Positions 9,322-17,097 of a stretch of 35,155 bases of DNA are shown here, one piece after another. Under the pieces are notes generated by a model. That model was not told the DNA's origin. It did no database searches and saw nothing but the letters and a program-made list of their open reading frames with translations. Source of the DNA: an uncultured Gammaproteobacteria bacterium (GTDB lineage Bacteria; Patescibacteriota; Patescibacteriia; UBA9934; GWF2-40-263); contig CAZPPQ010000003.1 in the NCBI GenBank assembly GCA_964588505.1, positions 1-35,155 on the forward strand. The letters are read 5' to 3'. Within the stretch, counting starts at the first letter, position 1. Each line of letters opens with the position of its first letter. A program made the translations under genes and the position numbers.

Positions 9322-9942
9322 TTACACCGGCTGGAATTTGCGGATGACTGCGCGGACGACCCCTTGGATGATGCAGTCTTTTACATAAATTGGCTTCATC
9401 GTGCTGTTGGCCGGCTGGAGGCGTATGCGGTTGTGTTCACGATAGAATCGCTTGAGCGTGGCGAACGCGTTATCGAGCAGCGCAACGACGACCTCGCCGT
9501 CGCGTGGCGACGGATTGCGCTCGACGATCACATAATCCCCGCTGAAGATACCGTCTTCGATCATGGATTTTCCTTTGACGCGCAGAATGAATGAGTTTGC
9601 GCCATCCACTACGAATTGCGCTGGAACGGCCATGGTTTCTTTTTCTTCGACTGCCTCGATCGGGAGGCCTGCCGTGATAAGTCCAACGAGCGGGAGGACG
9701 ATCGCGACACCATTGAACGGATTTTTCGGTTTCACGATTTCAATTGAACGCGCCTCGCCGTCCTCGCTCATTGTAATGCCCCCTTTTTCAACGAGCGTTT
9801 TGATGTGTTGATGAACGGTGGCTGGGGAAGAAAGGTGAAAGTGCTCCGCTATTTCGCGATAGCTCGGCGCGTAGCCTCGATCCTCGATGTGCTCGCGAAT
9901 AAAGGCGAGGATTTCCGCTTGTTTTTTTGTGAGTGGGGACAT
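9322..9942 (-). CDS. lexA: SOS repressor LexA
   Basis: N-terminal wHTH (PSYREIA), AG cleavage site (ITAGLP), catalytic Ser (GKSM) and Lys (TLKR). Confidence 0.97.
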   Translation of the reverse strand: MSPLTKKQAEILAFIREHIEDRGYAPSYREIAEHFHLSSPATVHQHIKTLVEKGGITMSEDGEARSIEIVKPKNPFNGVAIVLPLVGLITAGLPIEAVEEKETMAVPAQFVVDGANSFILRVKGKSMIEDGIFSGDYVIVERNPSPRDGEVVVALLDNAFATLKRFYREHNRIRLQPANSTMKPIYVKDCIIQGVVRAVIRKFQPV

Positions 9943-9944
9943 AT

Positions 9945-9985
9945 TTTAGGCGTTAGGCTTTAGGGATTTAGGCGTTAAATCCCTA
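9945..9985. repeat. TTAGG-core heptamer repeat and hairpin in the lexA leader
   Basis: tttaggc gttaggc tttaggg atttaggc; stem tagggattta/taaatcccta. Confidence 0.6.
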
Positions 9986-10006
9986 ACTCCCTGTGATTAA
10001 TTATAT

Positions 10007-10048
10007 GTTCACTTTATGTTCGTATCGTATACCGAACAACAACCGAAC
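10007..10048. promoter_or_regulatory. Putative LexA operator(s), spaced direct repeats
   Basis: GTTC-N7-GTTC at 10007-10021 and CCGAA-N6-CCGAA (TTCGG-N6-TTCGG on the minus strand) at 10032-10047, upstream of lexA. Confidence 0.65.
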
Positions 10049-10080
10049 GCAAGCGTGTAAGATTCGCGGAGTTTTCGGGG

Positions 10081-10089
10081 TGTGGATAA
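10081..10089 (-). promoter_or_regulatory. Perfect DnaA box
   Basis: tgtggataa is the reverse complement of TTATCCACA, in the lexA/metK intergenic region. Confidence 0.45.
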
Positions 10090-10116
10090 GTCTATCGAGT
10101 ATTGATTTCAATTTTA

Positions 10117-10197
10117 AGCCGAGTCCTCGGTATTGCTTTTTCTAGGTCCTGACTTGTCGCCGGCCTCGTCGGGAAAGCAATACCTTCGGCCTCGGCT
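10117..10197. repeat. Long structured hairpin element, copy 2
   Basis: agccgag/ctcggct and ggtattgctttttc/gggaaagcaatacc stems; core ggtcctgacttgtcgccggcctcg shared with copy 1. Confidence 0.8.
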
Positions 10198-10244
10198 GGA
10201 GATGATTGCCAAAAGCCGACGCTAGGTGTTAGATTTATTGCGCT

Positions 10245-11285
10245 ATGAAACGCGCGGCCGAGGTAAGATTAGAGGGTCATCCGGACAAAGTATGCGACCA
10301 GATCGCGGATGCGGTCGTGGACGAGTTTTTACGCCGTGATTCGGAAGCCTCGGTTGATCTGCGTGTTTTCGGGTCGCACGGTTTGCTTGTTGTTGGCGGC
10401 GAAGTTTTTTCTCGCGCGGATTTTGACATGGCCGCTCTCGCGAAATCAGTGTATGCGGAGATCGGATACTCGGATGAGCTCGAAATATTCGTCAACATCG
10501 GCCATCCGTCTGCGGAAATGAAATCCATCTGCGGACCATCGGATACCGTCATCGTGCAAGGGTACGCCACAAAAGAGACTCGCGAGCTTCTTCCAAAACC
10601 GCTTGTGTATGCGCGGCTGATCGCAAAGCGTCTGGATGACGCGCGAAAGAATGATCCTGCGTTTTCTTGGCTCAAGCCGGACGGCAAAGTGCAGGTCATC
10701 ATGGAGAAAGACCGCCTGATCGCATTAACAGTGCTTGCCGCGCATGCTCCGGAGATTGATGTGAAAGATGTTCAGACGACTATTTTGGATTGCGTGGTCG
10801 GATCAGCGATCGGCGAAGAGCCGTCTCAAATTTTTATCAATCCGGCCGGTCCTTTTACCGTAAGCGGTTTTCTCGCGGATGCCGGAGTGAGCGGTCTTGC
10901 GGCAGAGCCGGACACATACGGCGGATTGATTCCGCACGGCGACAAGCCGTTTTCCGGAAAAGATCCGCGTAAAGTCGAGCGCGCCGGACTTTACGCGGCA
11001 CGCGCCGCGGCCTGTTTTCTTATACGACAAGAGATGGCTGTTTCGGCGGCCGTCACCGTCGCCTATACGTTAAATCGTTCCGAACCGTTGTTTGTCGAGG
11101 CGCGCGGCATCGGGGAAAAATCGCGCGGCGCGAAGATGGATCTCTCGGCGCTCGTCAAGCAACAGTTTGATTTCAGGCCCGAGGCGATTGTCGAGCGATT
11201 TGATCTTGCAAAACCGATCTATCGGAATCTTTCCGTGTACGGCCCATTCGGCCGCGAAGATGTTCCGTGGGAGGCCGAGAGATGA
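10245..11285 (+). CDS. metK: Divergent S-adenosylmethionine synthetase (MetK) homolog
   Basis: EGHPDK, GYATKET, PDGK, INPAG, DTYGG and FSGKD retained; GAGDQG and GLTGRK motifs degenerate. Confidence 0.8.
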   Translation: MKRAAEVRLEGHPDKVCDQIADAVVDEFLRRDSEASVDLRVFGSHGLLVVGGEVFSRADFDMAALAKSVYAEIGYSDELEIFVNIGHPSAEMKSICGPSDTVIVQGYATKETRELLPKPLVYARLIAKRLDDARKNDPAFSWLKPDGKVQVIMEKDRLIALTVLAAHAPEIDVKDVQTTILDCVVGSAIGEEPSQIFINPAGPFTVSGFLADAGVSGLAAEPDTYGGLIPHGDKPFSGKDPRKVERAGLYAARAAACFLIRQEMAVSAAVTVAYTLNRSEPLFVEARGIGEKSRGAKMDLSALVKQQFDFRPEAIVERFDLAKPIYRNLSVYGPFGREDVPWEAER

Positions 11286-11298
11286 TACACTAAAAAAG

Positions 11299-12192
11299 AT
11301 GTCCTTCTCTATGAGCATTGAGTCTTTTCCCTTGCCGGAACAATCGTCGGCGGAAATAAAACTGATCGAAGATCCGGAAGTAACGGCCGCGGATATTTTT
11401 GGCGATTTGCCAGAAGTCGGCGGCAGTAAAATCATCCTTCAAAGACACGAACGCTCTACAAGAAAACTTTCTGGAAAAGAGGGTGAGCGATTAGGCAGTT
11501 TAACTCCGGAATCTTCCGAGAGTGTCTACATCCACGCGCGGCGAATTTTGAGAGAAATGTTTGCGTCCGTTAAAGAAGAAGAAAGGCGGGGAGTTTATTT
11601 TTTGGTTGTCGGGAGTGATACAAAATTCAGAGGTCAGGGAATGAGAAGTCTCGAAACGGCCAATCAGGTTTTACGTGCGCTGAAAGACGAGTTGGATGAA
11701 GAGCGGATGGATCAAGATCGTGTACTCAATAATTTCTCAAAGACAAAACACGCAAGCCCGATTTCTCGCGCGCGGGAGCCACAATTTCTTGATGATTCGC
11801 CAACATTCGTGGCGTTCCTTAAGCAAAAATACGGTGAGATGACTCCGGAATTTTGGCAAGCTTTTGAGGAAGATACACATAAAGGAGAACGGCAGAAGTT
11901 CAAAGCAGAAGGCCCGGACGAGATGGACAAAAGATTTGTCGGTTACGTTCGAGCCCTCTCAAAATATGCCGTCTATTTTCATAAGAATCATCCGGGCGCA
12001 CGCCTAGTGATTTGGTGCGTTTCTCATTATGATACTGTGAGCCCGTTTCTTAAGAGGCATATCACGAAAACAGATCCGCTTCAGCCTGTTCCGATCGATT
12101 ACGGGGCGGGGATCAGCATCGAGATTGATCCGCAAGGAGCTGTTTCCAGTCGATTTCGAGGTAAAGAGTATTGTGTTGATTTTAAGAATTGA
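11299..12192 (+). CDS. Histidine phosphatase superfamily-like protein
   Basis: IILQRH, R..ETA and VSH motifs matching the RHG...SHG pattern; start moved to ATG 11299 (or 11311) to avoid overlapping metK. Confidence 0.65.
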   Translation: MSFSMSIESFPLPEQSSAEIKLIEDPEVTAADIFGDLPEVGGSKIILQRHERSTRKLSGKEGERLGSLTPESSESVYIHARRILREMFASVKEEERRGVYFLVVGSDTKFRGQGMRSLETANQVLRALKDELDEERMDQDRVLNNFSKTKHASPISRAREPQFLDDSPTFVAFLKQKYGEMTPEFWQAFEEDTHKGERQKFKAEGPDEMDKRFVGYVRALSKYAVYFHKNHPGARLVIWCVSHYDTVSPFLKRHITKTDPLQPVPIDYGAGISIEIDPQGAVSSRFRGKEYCVDFKN

Positions 12193-12198
12193 TTGTTT

Positions 12199-12717
12199 AT
12201 GTTACAGAAATTTTGCGACGGGGAATTCGTGTTCAAAGAGTTCACAAAAGAATATGTCGTCCATCCAAAGGGCCTTTTTATCGTGGCTCCTTCTGGAAGT
12301 GGAAAGACGCATTTCATGAAAAGGCAAAAGGAGAAAGATTGGATTGACGGGGATGTGATTTGGACAGCGACCGGAGCTCATCCGACGACCGCTTGGTGGA
12401 ACGAATCTCTTGAAGTAATTTTTGAGATTAACGAGAAGAGCGATATCATCACGAGCCAAGCCAGAAAGTTGGGGCTGTGGATTATGGGTGCGTCGAATGC
12501 GTGGCTTGTTCCGGATGCGATTATCCTTCCGGATTGGAAAACTCACCAACATTATATTCAAGAACGGGAGAAGAACAATTACGACGGCGGGGCCACGAGT
12601 CGCGATTTCGCGAAAGTGTTTGCGCATCGGGGAGATTTGAAGAAGTTTGCGCGAAAGAATCATGTAAAAATTTTTAAGACGGTCGAGGAGGCCGTTGAAC
12701 ATTTAACAAAAAGTTGA
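12199..12717 (+). CDS. Small P-loop NTPase, kinase-like protein
   Basis: IVAPSGSGKT Walker A followed by WIDGD, as in NMP/gluconate kinase-like folds. Confidence 0.65.
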   Translation: MLQKFCDGEFVFKEFTKEYVVHPKGLFIVAPSGSGKTHFMKRQKEKDWIDGDVIWTATGAHPTTAWWNESLEVIFEINEKSDIITSQARKLGLWIMGASNAWLVPDAIILPDWKTHQHYIQEREKNNYDGGATSRDFAKVFAHRGDLKKFARKNHVKIFKTVEEAVEHLTKS

Positions 12718-12721
12718 CCTT

Positions 12722-13357
12722 ATGAATCGCATTTCATTTCTCACACCACTTATTTTTAGCCTTCTTTTTCTCGGTGCGGGATGCGCTTGGTCTGACAGCG
12801 GAAAGTCGAGAGTCCCGGAAACTCCTGCCACGGCCTTAAATTCCTCACCATCTGAAACATCTGTGACTATTCCAGAAAAAATATGGTCGGTTCCAACCAT
12901 CCTTCCGAGCACGGAAATGGAGAATAAAGTCGTCCGGATTTCCACGCCAAAAGGCGATATAGCGTTCGAGTTGTTCCCAAAGACCGCGCCGCTCACGGTT
13001 TCAAATTTTGTGAATCTGGCGAATGGCGGATTTTATGACAGTCTTGTTTTTCATCGTCGAGAGGAGGGATTCGTTATTCAAGGAGGCGATCCGAACGGAA
13101 ATGGGACCGGCGGTCCGGGATACACGTTTGCGGACGAGCTGAATGACAGTTATTCATACAAGCGCGGAATGGTCGCGATGGCAAACCGCGGGCCGGATAC
13201 GAATGGATCGCAGTTTTTCATTATGCTCGCCGATGTTCCGCTCCCGAAGAATTATTCCATTTTTGGCCGTGTGATTTCCGGAATGGATGTCGTTGACAAG
13301 ATTCAGATCGGAGATGTGATGACGAAAGTCTCCGTGGAGTCAGCGAACAAAAAATAA
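12722..13357 (+). CDS. Cyclophilin-type peptidyl-prolyl isomerase, exported (possible lipoprotein)
   Basis: Signal peptide ending LGAGC; FHR, FVIQGGDP, AMANRGPDTNGSQFFI, FGRV. Confidence 0.95.
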   Translation: MNRISFLTPLIFSLLFLGAGCAWSDSGKSRVPETPATALNSSPSETSVTIPEKIWSVPTILPSTEMENKVVRISTPKGDIAFELFPKTAPLTVSNFVNLANGGFYDSLVFHRREEGFVIQGGDPNGNGTGGPGYTFADELNDSYSYKRGMVAMANRGPDTNGSQFFIMLADVPLPKNYSIFGRVISGMDVVDKIQIGDVMTKVSVESANKK

Positions 13358-13375
13358 ACCGCCGAAGTTCGGCGG
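13349..13375 (-). terminator. Terminator between convergent genes
   Basis: ccgccgaagttcggcgg hairpin with an A-rich tract on its left side. Confidence 0.65.
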
Positions 13376-13388
13376 CAAGTATTTGTGG

Positions 13389-13703
13389 TTACTTGTGGGC
13401 AGGGGCATCTCTCGGGGCGAGCGCCGCGGAAACATTCACCGTGCCCAGGACAATAACGATCCCTTTGATTTCTACGCCAGCTGACACGCGCGCGGCATTG
13501 AAATTGTTGAAAGCGTTGGGGCCGATATAGATGCGTCCGTCGTCGACGCGGATGTCCACGGACGCGCTTTCAGAAAAAATCAGCCTCTCTTTCGATATGT
13601 CCGCCAAAGCTTCAAAGGCTTTTTCGCGGCTTGCGATGGAAAGATTCCGAACGGCCGCATGTTGGTCTTTCGGAATACACAAGAACGTGATGGATCTTAG
13701 CAT
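13389..13703 (-). CDS. Hypothetical protein (104 aa)
   Basis: Strong SD aaggagg, own promoter and terminator. Confidence 0.7.
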   Translation of the reverse strand: MLRSITFLCIPKDQHAAVRNLSIASREKAFEALADISKERLIFSESASVDIRVDDGRIYIGPNAFNNFNAARVSAGVEIKGIVIVLGTVNVSAALAPRDAPAHK

Positions 13704-13738
13704 CTTCTTCCTCCTTTTTGATTGATGGACTGTGACAG

Positions 13739-13767
13739 AAGATACGCGTGTCTATATTTTTTGTCAA
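13739..13767 (-). promoter_or_regulatory. Sigma70-type promoter
   Basis: TTGACA-N17-TATCTT on the minus strand. Confidence 0.7.
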
Positions 13768-13801
13768 AGGGAGGGATGTTATTTGTGTTATAATATCTCC
13801 T

Positions 13802-15196
13802 ATGCCGCGACTCATCACGGAAAAAACATTTTTTCAATTTCTCAAATGCCCGACATGGGTGTATTTTGACGCGCACGAACCGACGAAGCCACACGATCCG
13901 CTTTTTCTTAAATTGCTTGATGACGGATTGATTCCGGAGGTTGAACGAAAGACGCTCGCCTCGCGCGCGGATTTGGCAGAAGTTGCGGCGGAAGATATGG
14001 AGGAAGCGTTTCTTGAAACGCTCGCGTTTATGCGTGAAGGTCGGCAGACGATTTATCACGGAATTTTGATTGACAAACATTGGGTCGGACATCCGGATGT
14101 GCTGGAAAAAGTCGAGGGAAAGTCCGCGTTTGGAAATTATTATTATGTGGCCGCTGACATCAAGCGATCGCGTCTCATCCGCGATGATTACAAATTTCAG
14201 GGATGTTTTTACGCCGAACTCCTTCGGATCATCCAAGGGGTAAAACCACAGCAGGGGTATGTTATCACGCCGGATGCGGTTGTTCTTTCGTATCTGATCG
14301 AATCGTTTGAGACCGAGTTTCATCTCACGCTTGCCGAGATCGAGGCGATCGTGGCCGGAAAAAAGCCCGTGCATTTTTTGACATCCGGATGCAAACAGTC
14401 GCCGTGGTTTCGCGAATGTCGGCGCGAGTCCGAAGTCTGCGACGATCTTTCCGCGTTGAATCGTATCTGGAGGAAGGAAGTATCGTATTTGCAAAAGGGG
14501 GGCGTGCGCACGATCCAAGAAATGTCCCGAGCGTCCGTTCACGAGCTTCAGCGCGTTGCGCCGGATATGGATCCGACGCGGCTCGAATGGATTCGTGATC
14601 AGGCCGTCGCGTTTAAAGAGAAACGCCACATCGTCCGCGGGCGCGTATTGCTTCCGGAATCGCGCATTGAACTGTATCTTGACATCGAGAGCGATCCGCT
14701 TCGTGATTTTGATTATCTGTTCGGGATTTTGATCGTTGAAAATAATCGTCCAGAGTATCGCGCGTTTTTCGCCGAATCTCCGGATGATCTTCCGAAGATA
14801 TGGAAAGAATTTTTGTCGTTTCTAGAATCCTACTCGGACGCGCCGATTTTTCATTACGGCCGTTTTGAATCGGAAGTTTTGCACAGGTTTGGAGAGCGGT
14901 ATGGCTGGTCGGTATTTTTTGACGCCGGACTCGACGGACGTCTTGTGGATTTGCTGTATGTGATGCGTCCAGCCATCGTGTTTCCGCTGGCGTTTTATTC
15001 TCTCAAAGATATCGCGACGTACATCGGGTTCGCGTGGCGGGCGCATGACGCGTCCGGAGCCAATTCCGTTTTATGGTTTGAGGATTGGCTGAAATCAAAA
15101 GATCCGGCGCTCAAGAAGAAAATTTTGGATTACAATGAGGATGATGTGCTTGCGACATGGAAAGTTGAGCGTTGGCTCCGCGAACAGGCGGGATGA
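13802..15196 (+). CDS. TM0106-family RecB-like nuclease with C-terminal RNase H-like domain
   Basis: N-terminal CP motif, PD...DIK nuclease motif, YLDIE and YSLK...YNEDDV. Confidence 0.88.
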   Translation: MPRLITEKTFFQFLKCPTWVYFDAHEPTKPHDPLFLKLLDDGLIPEVERKTLASRADLAEVAAEDMEEAFLETLAFMREGRQTIYHGILIDKHWVGHPDVLEKVEGKSAFGNYYYVAADIKRSRLIRDDYKFQGCFYAELLRIIQGVKPQQGYVITPDAVVLSYLIESFETEFHLTLAEIEAIVAGKKPVHFLTSGCKQSPWFRECRRESEVCDDLSALNRIWRKEVSYLQKGGVRTIQEMSRASVHELQRVAPDMDPTRLEWIRDQAVAFKEKRHIVRGRVLLPESRIELYLDIESDPLRDFDYLFGILIVENNRPEYRAFFAESPDDLPKIWKEFLSFLESYSDAPIFHYGRFESEVLHRFGERYGWSVFFDAGLDGRLVDLLYVMRPAIVFPLAFYSLKDIATYIGFAWRAHDASGANSVLWFEDWLKSKDPALKKKILDYNEDDVLATWKVERWLREQAG

Positions 15197-15211
15197 TAGC
15201 CCTTATCTCAT

Positions 15212-16222
15212 GTGAAAAGGAGGAATTCCGAAAAATCAAGGTTCGTGATTGTGGTTCTCCCGATCTTTCTGATTGGGATCTTGTTTTCGTGTGCATACGG
15301 ATGGATGTTGCGTGAGCAATGGGTTGCGTTGAAAATGGGGATTACTTTTTCGATTCCATACGCTCGCTATTTGGGTTTGGATTGGCAGGACGCGTATCTC
15401 AAAATGATCGGCGATCTTGGCGTGCGGCATGTGCGCATTCCGGTGTATTGGTCCGCGGTCGAATACGCTCCGGAGCGGTTTGATTGGAGCGAGCTTGATT
15501 GGCTTATGAAAGTTTCAGAGCAAAATGGCGTGGCCATTACGCTCGCGATCGGAGCAAAAGTTCCTCGATGGCCCGAGTGTTTTATTCCGGAATGGGCACA
15601 GGCGCAGGATGTAGACGCAAGAAACGCGTCGCTTCTTGATTTTCTCAATCAAACGGTCGCGAGATACCGTTCATCTCCGGCATTGGAGCGGTGGCAAGTG
15701 GAGAATGAGCCATTTTTTCCGTTCGGCGTGTGTCCAGCAACGAGCAGCCATCAGGTTGCGCGCGAAATTTCCGTTGTGCGCGCCACTGATCCGGCGCACC
15801 GGATTCAAACGACCATGAGCGGCGAATGGGAGCCATGGTTTTACGCGACCGTTTCCTCGGACACACTCGGTTTTTCTCTGTATCGAACAAGCTGGTTCGA
15901 GCTGTTTGGGTATCTGCGTTATCCTCTGCCGCCGTTGATGTATCGTTTGCATGCCTTTGCCGCCCGTTTATTTGTCAAAGAGGTTGTCATTTCCGAGCTT
16001 CAGGCCGAGCCGTGGTTTCCGGATTCGTTCCGTTCGCGACCGATTGAAGATTGGTATCAAGTGTTCGGAGCTGACGAACTCCGCGACAATATCGCATTTG
16101 CAAAACGCACGGGCATTTCAGAGTTTTATTTGTGGGGGGCCGAGTGGTGGCTGTATATGAAGGAGCAGGGAGATGATCGCCTGTGGGATGCCGCGGAACA
16201 GGAGTTTTTGAAACAGCGATGA
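15212..16222 (+). CDS. Membrane-anchored clan GH-A glycoside hydrolase (GH5/GH42-like)
   Basis: TM helix; VRIPVYW, WQVENEP (acid/base), ISELQAEPW (nucleophile). Confidence 0.8.
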   Translation: MKRRNSEKSRFVIVVLPIFLIGILFSCAYGWMLREQWVALKMGITFSIPYARYLGLDWQDAYLKMIGDLGVRHVRIPVYWSAVEYAPERFDWSELDWLMKVSEQNGVAITLAIGAKVPRWPECFIPEWAQAQDVDARNASLLDFLNQTVARYRSSPALERWQVENEPFFPFGVCPATSSHQVAREISVVRATDPAHRIQTTMSGEWEPWFYATVSSDTLGFSLYRTSWFELFGYLRYPLPPLMYRLHAFAARLFVKEVVISELQAEPWFPDSFRSRPIEDWYQVFGADELRDNIAFAKRTGISEFYLWGAEWWLYMKEQGDDRLWDAAEQEFLKQR

Positions 16223-16293
16223 GGAACTGCTATCATCTAAGCCAACGTCGGCAATCTCCCCTTTCCCCTTCGCCCAACACCTAAAGCACAATT

Positions 16294-16869
16294 ATGTCCA
16301 AAGAAATCGTCCTTGATATTGAAACAGAAAATACGTTCCAAGAAGTCGGCGCTTACGATCATACCAAGCTTACGATTTCCGTGATCGGCGTGTATTTTTA
16401 CGAAACGGACGAGTATCGCGCTTATGAACAGCACGAGTTTTTCGAGCTCTGGCCGAGGCTTGAGCGGTGCGACCGCATCATCGGTTATAACTCCAAATCT
16501 TTTGACATCCCGATCATGCATAATTATTACACCGGTGACTTGATGTGTATTCCACATCTCGATATTTTGGAGCAGATCGAAAAATCGCTCGGATTCCGTC
16601 TCAAGCTCGACGATGTGGCGCAATCATGCCTCGGACACGGAAAGACCGGTCATGGCCTGCAGGCCGTTGAATGGTGGCGCCAAGGCGAAAAGGAAAAAGT
16701 GAAAAAGTATTGCCTCGACGATGTTCGCGTGACGAAAGAAGTGTACGAGTATGGGTTGAAATATAAGGCTCTTGCGTATGAGGATCGTCTTGGAGGGCGC
16801 AAGGGAATCCCTGTGGATTTCGCATTCGTGCCAACGACATCGTCCCTTAATCTCACTATGCCGTTTTGA
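16294..16869 (+). CDS. RNase H-like / DEDD exonuclease (YprB-like)
   Basis: LDIET, GYNSKSFD, KLD and YCLDDV motifs. Confidence 0.85.
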   Translation: MSKEIVLDIETENTFQEVGAYDHTKLTISVIGVYFYETDEYRAYEQHEFFELWPRLERCDRIIGYNSKSFDIPIMHNYYTGDLMCIPHLDILEQIEKSLGFRLKLDDVAQSCLGHGKTGHGLQAVEWWRQGEKEKVKKYCLDDVRVTKEVYEYGLKYKALAYEDRLGGRKGIPVDFAFVPTTSSLNLTMPF

Positions 16870-17097
16870 GGTCAAAAACTCCCTAATCTTCGAACGCGAG
16901 GAACGATGCTCATCAAAGCCAAAATTGAGCGTCGTTTTTTGATAAAAATTGTGGATAGATTCGCTTTTGACGCAATGGAAGCGCGCCGATAAAATAGAAA
17001 GCAACCATTGATTTGTCGTCGGTGGAAAAAAGAAAAGTGGGGAGAATTTTGATTCTCTCTGATTAGTTTTTAATTCGATTGTTTGCGCTCGCCGCCT

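Noticed and set aside
10050-10120. Replication origin
   Set aside because: Only one DnaA box, no box cluster or clear unwinding element, and no dnaA/dnaN nearby.
11092-11298. N-terminal extension of the phosphatase-like ORF
   Set aside because: It overlaps metK in another frame and looks like shadow sequence; start moved to 11299.
13697-14629. 310-aa antisense ORF
   Set aside because: Shadow of the well-supported TM0106 nuclease gene.
17000-17020. Possible NrdR box (aaccattgatttgtcg) upstream of nrdJ
   Set aside because: Poor match to the palindromic consensus and no tandem second box.
16870-17097. Cobalamin riboswitch upstream of nrdJ
   Set aside because: No B12-box or conserved GGGAA...GCCACTG elements visible; the region is AT-rich.
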